A stretch of 64,000 nt of DNA from Rikenellaceae bacterium (GCA_047173185.1 JBCQVH010000005.1:49567-113566); one strand, 5' to 3'; counted from the first letter of the stretch, positions 1-9,140 are shown. The notes: generated from the sequence alone by a model not told the origin. A program made the numbers and translations.

Positions 1-3
1 ACG

Positions 4-912
4 ATGGTTCTGCGTGCGTTATTCAACTCGAAGTATGCACCGCACATCTCATTCAAGGGCGGAACAAGTCTTAGTAAATGCTTTGGAATAATTGACAGAT
101 TTTCGGAGGATGTCGATATTGCAATCAGCCGAGAGTTTTTAGGTTTTAGTGGCGAATTGTCAAAAACACAAGTTAGTGATCGTCTGCGCAGAGCCTCGTG
201 TAGTTTTGTACGTGAGGTGTTGCCCAATGAGATAACAGCGCAATTAGCCGCATTAGGTATTCCACAAGTTGAGTTTGAGGTTAAGGTGAATATTACGAGC
301 GTAACCACTACCGATCCTGAAATTGTGGAGGTTCATTACAAATCTATATTTGAGAATGTCGGCTACGTGCGAGATAAGGTGCTAATCGAGGTGAGTGGCA
401 GGTCTATGAGTGAGCCAACCGAGAGTGTTGAAGTCTGCTCAATGATTGCACAAGCTCTACCAAATATTAAATATGCAGACTCTAAATTCAGCCTAACAGC
501 AGTCTCCCCAAAGCGAACATTCCTCGAAAAGGCGTGCCTACTTCACGAGGAGTTTGCACAGACAACACGTGCCGTGAGGGTGCAACGTATGTCTCGCCAC
601 CTATATGATTTGGAGCGATTGGCATCTTGCGGAGTAGCTAAAGAGGTTCTTGCGGATGGAGAGTTATACCGAGCGGTCATCGAACATCGCCGCAAATTTA
701 TTGGGCTTAAAGGGTTTGATTATTCGGAGCTACTACCTCAAAACATATCATTCGTACCTCCTGCAGATGTTATTGGCAGTTGGCGAGATGACTATAAAGC
801 GATGCAACAAAGTATGATTTATGGCGAAAGTCTTGATTTTAACGAACTTATAGCACGCATTAGCGAACTAAATACCCAATTCAACAACATAGAATTAAGT
901 AGGGTAAAATAA
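4..912 (+). CDS. Nucleotidyltransferase AbiEii/AbiGii family toxin (5'-truncated by the window edge)
   Basis: FKGGTSLSK...RFSEDVD motif, followed by LEK and RHLYDL motifs typical of AbiEii. Confidence 0.9.
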   Translation: MVLRALFNSKYAPHISFKGGTSLSKCFGIIDRFSEDVDIAISREFLGFSGELSKTQVSDRLRRASCSFVREVLPNEITAQLAALGIPQVEFEVKVNITSVTTTDPEIVEVHYKSIFENVGYVRDKVLIEVSGRSMSEPTESVEVCSMIAQALPNIKYADSKFSLTAVSPKRTFLEKACLLHEEFAQTTRAVRVQRMSRHLYDLERLASCGVAKEVLADGELYRAVIEHRRKFIGLKGFDYSELLPQNISFVPPADVIGSWRDDYKAMQQSMIYGESLDFNELIARISELNTQFNNIELSRVK

Positions 913-1063
913 TTATTGGTGTGTTTTTAAGAGTGCTATTGGAGATGAGATTTTTTGCTATTGAATTGAAAATATAGTGGTTCTATACTGAAATTTAATA
1001 GTGAAAAATATCGCTTCAAGAGTGCTTTTAAAAATATGGCAATAATTGTTTTACACTACTTAT
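896..1063. mobile_element. 168-bp palindromic MITE-like element, copy 1
   Basis: Terminal IRs TAAGTAGGGTAAAATAATTATTG / CAATAATTGTTTTACACTACTTA, TA at both ends, 10 substitutions relative to the copy at 13310-13477. Confidence 0.8.
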
Positions 1064-1077
1064 AGTCAAAACTGCGA

Positions 1078-1170
1078 AAATAGTGCAGCCGGAGAGTCAA
1101 AAACCTCGTATTTATTGCAGTTGGAGAGCCAAAAACCCTCGAAATAGTGCAGTTGAAGATAAAAACCACC
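1078..1170 (+). repeat. Three imperfect ~31-33 bp tandem repeats (TA.TGCAG..G.AGA..AAAAACC)
   Basis: Read directly from the sequence upstream of the HTH gene. Confidence 0.7.
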
Positions 1171-1187
1171 CCTATTTACACTTATTT

Positions 1188-1601
1188 ATGCCAAGAAGAA
1201 AGACCTTGACACTCGACCTCCATACTCTTGAGTGCGGAGAGCAAATCTATCAACTGCTTTTCGATTGCGAACAGCTCTTAGATTATGACCTCTCCACTCT
1301 GAAGATTACCATTCAAGAATTTATAGATGTTAAAATTAGAAATATTGATAAGGTAATCAAAAATTTGGAGCGATATATGAAAATCAATCCAAATTATAGC
1401 GATGTCGAAAGCAGCCATAAACTTGTCAAAAAACAGACCTTAGCGAAGATGTTGGGTGTGTCACGAGTAACTCTGGACAAATGGCTTAGAGATGGTTTGA
1501 TATTCCAAGAGCGTTACGACACAGCTGGCTCACTCAAAGCTTTTGACCCCATCGACATATTAAATCAATTAAAAAATTATAATAGCTTTACAAAACCATA
1601 A
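1188..1601 (+). CDS. Helix-turn-helix DNA-binding protein of the element
   Basis: C-terminal HTH (KQTLAKMLGVSRVTLDKWLRDG). ATG at 1188 is preferred over the ORF-track start at 1083, which runs through the repeats. Confidence 0.75.
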   Translation: MPRRKTLTLDLHTLECGEQIYQLLFDCEQLLDYDLSTLKITIQEFIDVKIRNIDKVIKNLERYMKINPNYSDVESSHKLVKKQTLAKMLGVSRVTLDKWLRDGLIFQERYDTAGSLKAFDPIDILNQLKNYNSFTKP

Positions 1602-1650
1602 AAGTGACACTTTTTGTCAGACAAGTTCCTTACTTAGTGGACTTTGGTCG

Positions 1651-1692
1651 CTCGATTGCGGACTCTCATCACTCGATTGCGGACTCTTATCA
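1651..1692 (+). promoter_or_regulatory. 21-bp tandem direct repeat (CTCGATTGCGGACTCTYATCA x2), probable operator upstream of the xis promoter
   Basis: Two adjacent copies with one mismatch; a TAccTTTG -7 element lies at 1759-1766. Confidence 0.6.
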
Positions 1693-1833
1693 CCAAACTC
1701 AAAAGTCAGAGGGTTCATGTAAAGCTATAGCCGATTTTAACAGAAGAAAACAGATATATACCTTTGTCTCGAAATCAATATTGATAATGCTGTGACGACA
1801 GCTATTTATTAATTTTTAATTAGAGACACTTAT

Positions 1834-2178
1834 ATGACTAATGTTATAATCACCTCGCCAGAGACACTAAAAGAGATTGTTGGCGATGCCATAGCTGAAC
1901 ACCTATCAAAGTTCAAATCTACACCCGATTCACAACCCGATTCAATCACAATGGATACCGCCATCGCCCTGCTGGGCGAGAATGGCTACCCCACATCGAG
2001 AGGTAAAATCTATAAGCTCACCTCCAACAACGAGATTCCGCACAATAAGTATGGCAACAAATTGGTCTTTTCACGCAGGGAACTACTTGCGTGGGCTGAT
2101 TCACAGGCTGTTAAGGTTGACACCCACAAGGAGGCGATGGAGAAGATAGAGGATGGTTTCAAGCGTAGACGCAGGTAA
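1834..2178 (+). CDS. Excisionase-like HTH_17 DNA-binding protein
   Basis: IYKLTSNNEIPHNKYGNKLVFSRRELLAW pattern of Bacteroidota Xis-like proteins. Confidence 0.85.
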   Translation: MTNVIITSPETLKEIVGDAIAEHLSKFKSTPDSQPDSITMDTAIALLGENGYPTSRGKIYKLTSNNEIPHNKYGNKLVFSRRELLAWADSQAVKVDTHKEAMEKIEDGFKRRRR

Positions 2179-2182
2179 CACG

Positions 2183-3367
2183 ATGAAAGATAGGTATATC
2201 CGTGTAGGGACAACCCTCTACAAAATCGTGCAGAAACCTCTGCAAAGTGGCGACTTCATTGAGCTGCGCATACCTTGGAATTATGACACGTTGCGGCAAG
2301 ACCACGCAAAGGATTTTCTCTCGCAGGTTGAAAAGCACGATGGCTTTTGCTGTGTGCCGTCGCACATTGATTATAAACCAATGATTGGAACGTTTCTCAA
2401 TGAGTATCAAGCTGTTGATATTAAACCTGTGCAGGGTGAATTTCCAAATATCAAGGCATTCTTGACGCATATATTTGGCGAACAATATGAGCTTGGATTA
2501 GATTATTTACAGTTACTTTATACTGCGCCACTTCAGCGACTACCAATAGTTTTATTGGTGTCGCAGAAGCGCAACACAGGTAAGACAACATTTCTCAATC
2601 TGCTGAAGGCGATGTTCGGTGCGAATATGACTTTCAATACTAACGAGGATTTCCGCTCCCAATTTAATTCCGATTGGGCTACAAAACTTATTGTAGCAGT
2701 TGACGAAGTGTTACTCGACCGCAAAGAGGACTCCGAGAGAATCAAGAATCTGAGTACTGCAAGGAGTTACAAATCAGAGGCTAAGGGCAAGGATAGAAAC
2801 GAGGTGGAGTTCTTCGCAAAGTTTGTGCTATGCTCCAATAACGAGCTTAACCCCATCTACATAGAGCAGGGCGAGACTCGCTATTGGGTGCGCAAGGTCG
2901 AGCCAATCAAGAGCGACAACCCCAACCTTCTCGGTGAGATGAAAAAGGAGTTACCAGCATTGGTGTGGTATCTTCAGAATCGAGAACTCACAACCACGCA
3001 GGAGAGCCGAATGTGGTTCAAGCCATCACTCCTTGCCACCAACGCTCTGCGCAATATGGTGAGCCATAATCGGGGTAAGATTGAGAGCGAGATGATTCAG
3101 ATAATCACGGATATTTTGGATTATAAGCAAACTGACGAATATATATTTTGTGTTGCCGATATGATGCATATGCTCGAAATGAGAGGCTACAGAGTTGAGC
3201 AAATTATCGTCCGTAAAATATTGAAAAGCTACTGGCATCTAAAGCCCAGTACACCGAAGAACTACAACAGCGAACGGCTCTCTTTGGATGGCTCACTCTT
3301 CACCTCACCACCATCCACAGGTCGATGCTACACGGTGACACGAGAAATGATAGAGGAGTTTGTGTAA
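2183..3367 (+). CDS. Primase-helicase family P-loop NTPase (DUF5906/VirE-like)
   Basis: Walker A RNTGKTT and Walker B VAVDE. The YIRVGTTLYK N-terminus is typical of Bacteroidota mobile elements. Confidence 0.85.
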   Translation: MKDRYIRVGTTLYKIVQKPLQSGDFIELRIPWNYDTLRQDHAKDFLSQVEKHDGFCCVPSHIDYKPMIGTFLNEYQAVDIKPVQGEFPNIKAFLTHIFGEQYELGLDYLQLLYTAPLQRLPIVLLVSQKRNTGKTTFLNLLKAMFGANMTFNTNEDFRSQFNSDWATKLIVAVDEVLLDRKEDSERIKNLSTARSYKSEAKGKDRNEVEFFAKFVLCSNNELNPIYIEQGETRYWVRKVEPIKSDNPNLLGEMKKELPALVWYLQNRELTTTQESRMWFKPSLLATNALRNMVSHNRGKIESEMIQIITDILDYKQTDEYIFCVADMMHMLEMRGYRVEQIIVRKILKSYWHLKPSTPKNYNSERLSLDGSLFTSPPSTGRCYTVTREMIEEFV

Positions 3368-3560
3368 CCCTGTAATGATGTATTTTTATCTCACTGAGAA
3401 TGAAATAATTATATATCTTACAAAAAACTTACAAATAGTATTACACTCTTACAAACCACAATATCAGCATATTACACTTCGTAAAAAGTGTAATAGGTTT
3501 GTAAGGGTGTAATGCTCTATCACGCAGGCTATTAGTAGTCAAATCTTACAAAATTACAAA
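3363..3560. repeat. TTACA/TGTAA iteron-like cluster, candidate replication origin of the element
   Basis: About a dozen TTACA/TGTAA motifs in both orientations in AT-rich DNA just after the NTPase gene. Confidence 0.6.
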
Positions 3561-3564
3561 AATA

Positions 3565-3858
3565 TTACTCCTTGTAGAGCTGGCTTGTCACCCTCTTCAA
3601 ATATCCATAATGATGCTCGATGAAGTTGCGAATTTGATTTAGTGCCAAGTTGTTGGGGTCTTTGTGGCAAGCCTTTGCTATCTCCGTGTTGTATCTGCCG
3701 AACTCGTTGCGCAAGCGTCTGATTACCTGCTCTTCACGGTAGTCTGGTGTGCGGTGGTGGTGATATTGGAGTAGCGACATTACGGCGTAGAAGCGTTGTA
3801 GCTCCTCGTCCGAGAGGTTGAATGATGTTGTGGTTGTAAGTTTGATTCTCTTCTCCAT
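3565..3858 (-). CDS. Small hypothetical protein (97 aa), oriented opposite to the element backbone
   Basis: ATG at 3858 (MEKRIKL...) after an A-rich initiation region and a long structured leader. Confidence 0.6.
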   Translation of the reverse strand: MEKRIKLTTTTSFNLSDEELQRFYAVMSLLQYHHHRTPDYREEQVIRRLRNEFGRYNTEIAKACHKDPNNLALNQIRNFIEHHYGYLKRVTSQLYKE

Positions 3859-3876
3859 TGCCTTAGTTTTTAGGTG

Positions 3877-4079
3877 GTTAAACTTTTCAAGGGAGCGAAA
3901 AAAATAGGTGATTTCGCTGACCCGTTGTTCAACGCCAGAAGAGGCTGTGGATACATTAATATGCCACACGGGGGCGAAACCACCCGTGCGGATATAGTGA
4001 GGCAAGAGCATAAAAATGCCCGCCTTGCTATTAGGCAGGTTTCCCCACCCCTTCTGATACGTTGAACATTACAAAACTA
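3877..4079 (-). promoter_or_regulatory. Promoter (TAgtTTTG at 4079-4072) and structured leader with long-range complementarity
   Basis: Stems 3907-3917/3974-3984 and 3921-3925/3968-3972; segment 3926-3944 is complementary to 4048-4068. Confidence 0.55.
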
Positions 4080-4096
4080 ATAAAAAATTTCTAAAA

Positions 4097-4963
4097 ATGA
4101 ATAATATCAAGAATATTTCAATCAAAAGTTTCCTCGCAAGCAGGAACATAAACCCCAAAACGGAACGAGGCAGAGTAGGTCTCTACCTCTCACCCCTCCG
4201 CCCCGAATCCACCCCAAGTTTCAAAGTCGACTACTCGCAAAATCTATGGTACGACTTCGGAGCAAATGTTGGTGGCTCGATAATCGACCTCGTGATGCAC
4301 CTCGATAAATTATCGTTCCACCAAGCCGCCACCAAATTGGAACAGGGCAATTTCTCTTATTCTCATTGGACACCCCCGACCCAAATATCCCCATCGACCC
4401 AAATCATCACAGAGATAAAACCACTCCAAAACCCACACCTAATAGCCTACTTAGAAAAGCGAGCAATCAACCCCGACATAGCCCAACACTACTGCCGAGA
4501 AATCCACTACACCCAAAACAAAAAACACTACTACGCCATAGGATTCCAAAGCGATGCAGGTGGCTACGAACTTCGCAACGAATATTACAAAGGCAGCACA
4601 TCCCCCAAGTCGCCAACAATAATCAAAGGTTCTACAAACAGCACAATGTTATTCGAAGGTTTTATGGATATGCTCGCCTACCTAACATTGATAGAGACCG
4701 CCTCCCCAGAGAGCAATGTATGCGTACTAAATTCAGTGAGTAATTTGAGTAAAGCTGTTAAATTTCTAAGGTCACAACAGACAATCCACTGCTTTCTCGA
4801 CAACGACCCAGCAGGGAGCAAAGCCCTGTTCGATGTGCACAAATTAGGCGTAGAGGTGGTCAATCATTCGAGACTATACAGAGACTTCAAGGATGTGAAC
4901 GAATACCTAATGGCACACAGAAAACAAGAATCCCAGACACCAATAATGAAAATGAGACACTAA
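4097..4963 (+). CDS. DNA primase-like protein (degenerate CHC2-type N-terminus plus Toprim domain), similar to NBU1 PrmN1
   Basis: SPLRPESTPSFKV..WYDFG..GGSIIDL, FEGFMD, FLDNDPAG and KDVNEYL motifs. Confidence 0.9.
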   Translation: MNNIKNISIKSFLASRNINPKTERGRVGLYLSPLRPESTPSFKVDYSQNLWYDFGANVGGSIIDLVMHLDKLSFHQAATKLEQGNFSYSHWTPPTQISPSTQIITEIKPLQNPHLIAYLEKRAINPDIAQHYCREIHYTQNKKHYYAIGFQSDAGGYELRNEYYKGSTSPKSPTIIKGSTNSTMLFEGFMDMLAYLTLIETASPESNVCVLNSVSNLSKAVKFLRSQQTIHCFLDNDPAGSKALFDVHKLGVEVVNHSRLYRDFKDVNEYLMAHRKQESQTPIMKMRH

Positions 4964-5019
4964 GGAAAATTATCTCCCTGTCTCCACAATAATCAAACAT
5001 TCATTAACCGAAAAACAAA

Positions 5020-5330
5020 ATAGCAAGGTATGTTTTGCGCCGACCGAAACCTTTCCGCCCGACAAAAACCCTCCTGCCGAAGTTGGAGGGTAAGGAAGAT
5101 TTGAGATGATGAAATATGAGAAAAAAAAGGCAAACAATAGTCAAAAGTAGACCCTGCACAACATGGATTGTTGTATCGATAACAACTAGGCGTCGGAGCT
5201 CGGAGGTCTGGTCGACCTATCGTAAGGCGATGGTGATAATGATGGCGAGCACGAGGAGAACCTCCTCCGCAAGCAGGTGCAACCGAAACCGAAAAGGATG
5301 AAGATTAGTACAATTATCAAAAAAACACAC
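5020..5330 (+). pseudogene. Decayed mobilisation module: oriT-like region, MobC-like start and relaxase-like C-terminal tail
   Basis: AGCAAGGTATGTTTTG...CAAAAACCCTCCTGC motif. One frame reads ASELGGLVDLS*GDGDNDGEHEENLLRKQVQPKPKRMKI, resembling Bacteroidota relaxase tails, with an internal stop. Confidence 0.45.
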
Positions 5331-5444
5331 AAGGTGTAAAGTGGGAAATGTGAAAATAATCAGTCTACAGAAGAGTTAAAAACTTTCATCGATTATTTTC
5401 TATACTAATATAGTCTTTTTGAAATATTTAACTTACCTTTATGG

Positions 5445-8400
5445 GTGATAGTTACTGATAAAATAATAAGACTTATGAAGAAATTTCACAGGATAAAAAA
5501 TATATGTAATTGCATTAAAGCTAATCTATGCTCAAATAGTAATGAATTATCGACAACGGATTACTCTCCTTTATGTCCGACTGATGAAGCAAAGGATGTT
5601 GAGATGTATACAGAGGCGTTATCTTGGGCTTTATCTTTAAAAAGTAAGATAAGGAATATTGCTATATCTGGTCCATATGGATCGGGAAAGAGTAGTATAT
5701 TACAGACTTTCATAAAGGATAATAAAGAAAAGCATAAATTCTTAAATATATCATTAGCGACATTCAAGGGTGACGACAATATGGCGGAGACCTCATTGGA
5801 TTATCAAAACCCAAAACCAGATATTGACGATGAGAAACTTCAAAGGCTAATAGAGTTAAGCATCTTACAGCAAATTATTTATAGAGAGAAGAGTGGTGAA
5901 ACCCCAGAATCACAATTTAAAAAGACTTCAAAACGCAGCTATGGGTTAACGACTGTCAATTTCATAATGCTACTATTGCTTATATTATCGTCGTTGCACC
6001 TATTTGCGCCATCTATATTAGAGCGTATAAGTTTGTTTGATTTTTTTAACAATGCGAAAGATTTCTACAGACTTATTTTGTCTATTGTTTTCTGTTGTGC
6101 GTTTGGCTGGTTAGCATATAGGCTATTTGCTTTTATAATGGGCTCATATGTAAAGAAGATAACGTTACCGTCAACAGAGATAGAGTTAGATAAAGGGGTA
6201 AGTAAATCTATCCTAAACAAGCATATTGATGAAATAATATACTTTTTTGAGGAGACTATGTATGATGTCGTCATTATTGAGGATTTAGATCGTTTTGGTA
6301 AATCAGACATATTTACAAAGCTCCGTGAAATCAACCAGCTAATCAATAGCTCGCGTCGCATAAAACAAGATGTAGTCTTTATTTATGCAATCAAAGATGA
6401 TATGTTTTTGGATAAAGAACGCGTAAAGTTCTTCGATTTTATGATTCCTATTGTGCCAATAATTAATTTTTCAACGTCAGGTGAGATTTTACGCAAGAAA
6501 GAAATTATAAAAACAGCTGAGATATCAGAGGATCTCATAGATAACCTATCAATATTTATTGATGATATGAGGTTGCTGAACAATATACTAAATGAGTTTA
6601 TCATATATGATAAAATTGCTAATGCTGAATTATATAGAAACAATTTATTAGCTATCGTAATATACAAAAATCTCTACCCTAGTGATTTTGCTAACCTTGG
6701 ATATAATAATGGCTATATATATGGTGTAATCTCTCAAAAGGCTAAATATATTGCTGATGCTAAAGATAAAATAGATGCTGATATTACTCGACTAAAAGTG
6801 ACTATTCAAGAGAGCGAAGAACAAATGTTTGATAGCTTAACAGAACTTCGTATATTATACATAGTAAAGGCTATAGAGAGTAACACATCTTTTGTAACAT
6901 TTATTGTTAATAAGAGAGATGTTAAGTTGTATGATATTGCTAACAATGATGATTTATTCAAACTTTTCGAAACCAGTCAATTAAATCATAGGTATAAATA
7001 TGACAGTTATAATGTCCGTACAGGAGTATTCAAAGTAGATTTTAAAGCAATAGGTAGATTGGTTAATCCAAGAATAACCTATAGCGATAGAGAGAAAAGG
7101 ATAAGAAACAAGCCAAATCTCAATGATCTCAAAAAACAAGTAGAAGACTTGACCAATGATAAAAATGAAGTTCAGAAAAGAAGTTTAAGAGAGTTAATAT
7201 CAAGTGATAAAATAATACTAAATGGAGAGAATGAAAAACAGAAGCAACTAATATCTATTCTTTTACAAAATGGCTATATTGATGAGAATTATCTTGACTA
7301 TATCTCCGTTTTTCACGAAGGAGCATTAACTAAGGCTGATTATACGTTTCTTGTCAATGTAAAAATGGAGACAGCGACAGATTATAATTATATTATATCG
7401 AAGCCATCTGAACTACTAAGGAAAATAAATATATATGCATTTGAGAACAAGTATGTGTTTAATCAAATTCTGATAGATGAACTTCTTGTAAACGATGAGT
7501 ATGAAGATAAAAGAGAGGTATTATTTGCTCAGCTCAAAAAGGAGAATGAGGACACAATTGACTTTATCAAACATATGTATGACAACACGACGCATTTAAA
7601 TAAATTTATGGCAGAACTATGTGGTCATTGGCATAGCATATGGCGACACATATCTAATAGCGAGATATTTACTGACGATCAGCGTTTTTCATATTTAGAA
7701 TCAATAATTAAGTATGCAGATCTGAGTGATATAATCCGCATCTTTGAAAAACAAGACCCAGCTATTTCATATTGTTCGTGGTTTTTAAATATTGAAGCTT
7801 CTCAAGCTAAAATAGAAAAAATCATAGTAGCATTAGATGTGAGATTTACAAATTTAAGTGTAGATAGTAACAAAGATTTACTCTCATTCATCCGCAAAAG
7901 CAAGCATTATGCTATCAGTATTGATATGCTAAGACTTATGATGTCTGATCTTGAAGGATACGATGAGCATAAATTTAACACCCAAAATTACACCCATATA
8001 TACGAACTTAACAACAGTGATATAATTGAGTATATTGAAGATAGTATCAATTTTTACACCGAGTCAATGTACTTAGAACTTGAGCATAATACAAGTGAGG
8101 CACAAAGAAGCATCATTACGCTATTAAATAACGAACATATAGATTACGAATCAAAATTACTTATAATCGATAAAACGCAAACAATCATTGATGAAATATC
8201 AGATGTTGATGATATTGATATTTGCGATTTATTATATGATTACTCCAAGATTGTAGCGACGTGGGATAATATCCTAGATGTCTTTAATAGGAATGAATCT
8301 ACACTCACTAAATCTGTCATTGATTTTATGAATATAAGCAGAAATGCAGAAATTCTTTCTTCTCAACGCATGACTACAGATAAAGATGAGAATGATATTG

Positions 8401-9140
8401 CCATCTATCTGAAGCTGTGTTGGGCAATAATATATGAATCAAAACTATCAAAAGAGACATATACTATACTATTAAATTCAATTCCTTGGTCATTTAGTTC
8501 ATTAAAGGTAGAACGTATAGATGCAGACCGAGTACAAATCCTAATTGAGAACAACAAGATTAGTACAACTGTTGAAATGTTACACTATCTTAGGGATAAT
8601 TTTGCGCCCCTCAATATGATGCACTTAGAGAAACAGTTCAACAAATATAAAGACCTCATACAAGAGATTGAGCTAAGTGGAAGTGATATAAAACTTATGC
8701 TTGAGTCAAAGGTGATAGATGTCGAATCTAAGTTTAAATTTATTGAATACAGCGATGAAAACTTAATCATAAGTAGTAAATCTAATATAACACTTGTTAT
8801 GAGTTTACTTGTGACATATCCAGAGTATCCAATATCATCGACTCTTAAGAAAGAAATAGCATTAAGCAAATACATATCACAAAATAATAAGATTGATATG
8901 TTTAACAATAATATCTCTCTATTTTCTGACGATGATCTTGATATTCTAATGGAGACTCTTGGAGGATATTATGCTGTAATAGCAGACAAGAAAAGCCATC
9001 CTGTTTTTGCTGACACTCCAAGGCATCAATACTTTTTGGAAAATCTTAAACAATTGCGCTATATCAATAGTTACAGCGAGGATAAAAAGGGACTTAGAGT
9101 TTATCACAGCAGTGGCATAAGATCTACTGATGACGCCTAA
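5445..9140 (+). CDS. YobI-like KAP-family P-loop NTPase with two TM helices and a long helical C-terminus
   Basis: Walker A GPYGSGKSS, two hydrophobic segments inserted in the NTPase domain, Walker B IIEDLDRF. The start may be ATG 5475. The gene is AT-rich. Confidence 0.85.
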   Translation: MIVTDKIIRLMKKFHRIKNICNCIKANLCSNSNELSTTDYSPLCPTDEAKDVEMYTEALSWALSLKSKIRNIAISGPYGSGKSSILQTFIKDNKEKHKFLNISLATFKGDDNMAETSLDYQNPKPDIDDEKLQRLIELSILQQIIYREKSGETPESQFKKTSKRSYGLTTVNFIMLLLLILSSLHLFAPSILERISLFDFFNNAKDFYRLILSIVFCCAFGWLAYRLFAFIMGSYVKKITLPSTEIELDKGVSKSILNKHIDEIIYFFEETMYDVVIIEDLDRFGKSDIFTKLREINQLINSSRRIKQDVVFIYAIKDDMFLDKERVKFFDFMIPIVPIINFSTSGEILRKKEIIKTAEISEDLIDNLSIFIDDMRLLNNILNEFIIYDKIANAELYRNNLLAIVIYKNLYPSDFANLGYNNGYIYGVISQKAKYIADAKDKIDADITRLKVTIQESEEQMFDSLTELRILYIVKAIESNTSFVTFIVNKRDVKLYDIANNDDLFKLFETSQLNHRYKYDSYNVRTGVFKVDFKAIGRLVNPRITYSDREKRIRNKPNLNDLKKQVEDLTNDKNEVQKRSLRELISSDKIILNGENEKQKQLISILLQNGYIDENYLDYISVFHEGALTKADYTFLVNVKMETATDYNYIISKPSELLRKINIYAFENKYVFNQILIDELLVNDEYEDKREVLFAQLKKENEDTIDFIKHMYDNTTHLNKFMAELCGHWHSIWRHISNSEIFTDDQRFSYLESIIKYADLSDIIRIFEKQDPAISYCSWFLNIEASQAKIEKIIVALDVRFTNLSVDSNKDLLSFIRKSKHYAISIDMLRLMMSDLEGYDEHKFNTQNYTHIYELNNSDIIEYIEDSINFYTESMYLELEHNTSEAQRSIITLLNNEHIDYESKLLIIDKTQTIIDEISDVDDIDICDLLYDYSKIVATWDNILDVFNRNESTLTKSVIDFMNISRNAEILSSQRMTTDKDENDIAIYLKLCWAIIYESKLSKETYTILLNSIPWSFSSLKVERIDADRVQILIENNKISTTVEMLHYLRDNFAPLNMMHLEKQFNKYKDLIQEIELSGSDIKLMLESKVIDVESKFKFIEYSDENLIISSKSNITLVMSLLVTYPEYPISSTLKKEIALSKYISQNNKIDMFNNNISLFSDDDLDILMETLGGYYAVIADKKSHPVFADTPRHQYFLENLKQLRYINSYSEDKKGLRVYHSSGIRSTDDA

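Noticed and set aside
1078-1170. Possible CRISPR array
   Set aside because: The units are adjacent and degenerate, with no unique spacers, and there are no cas genes in the window.
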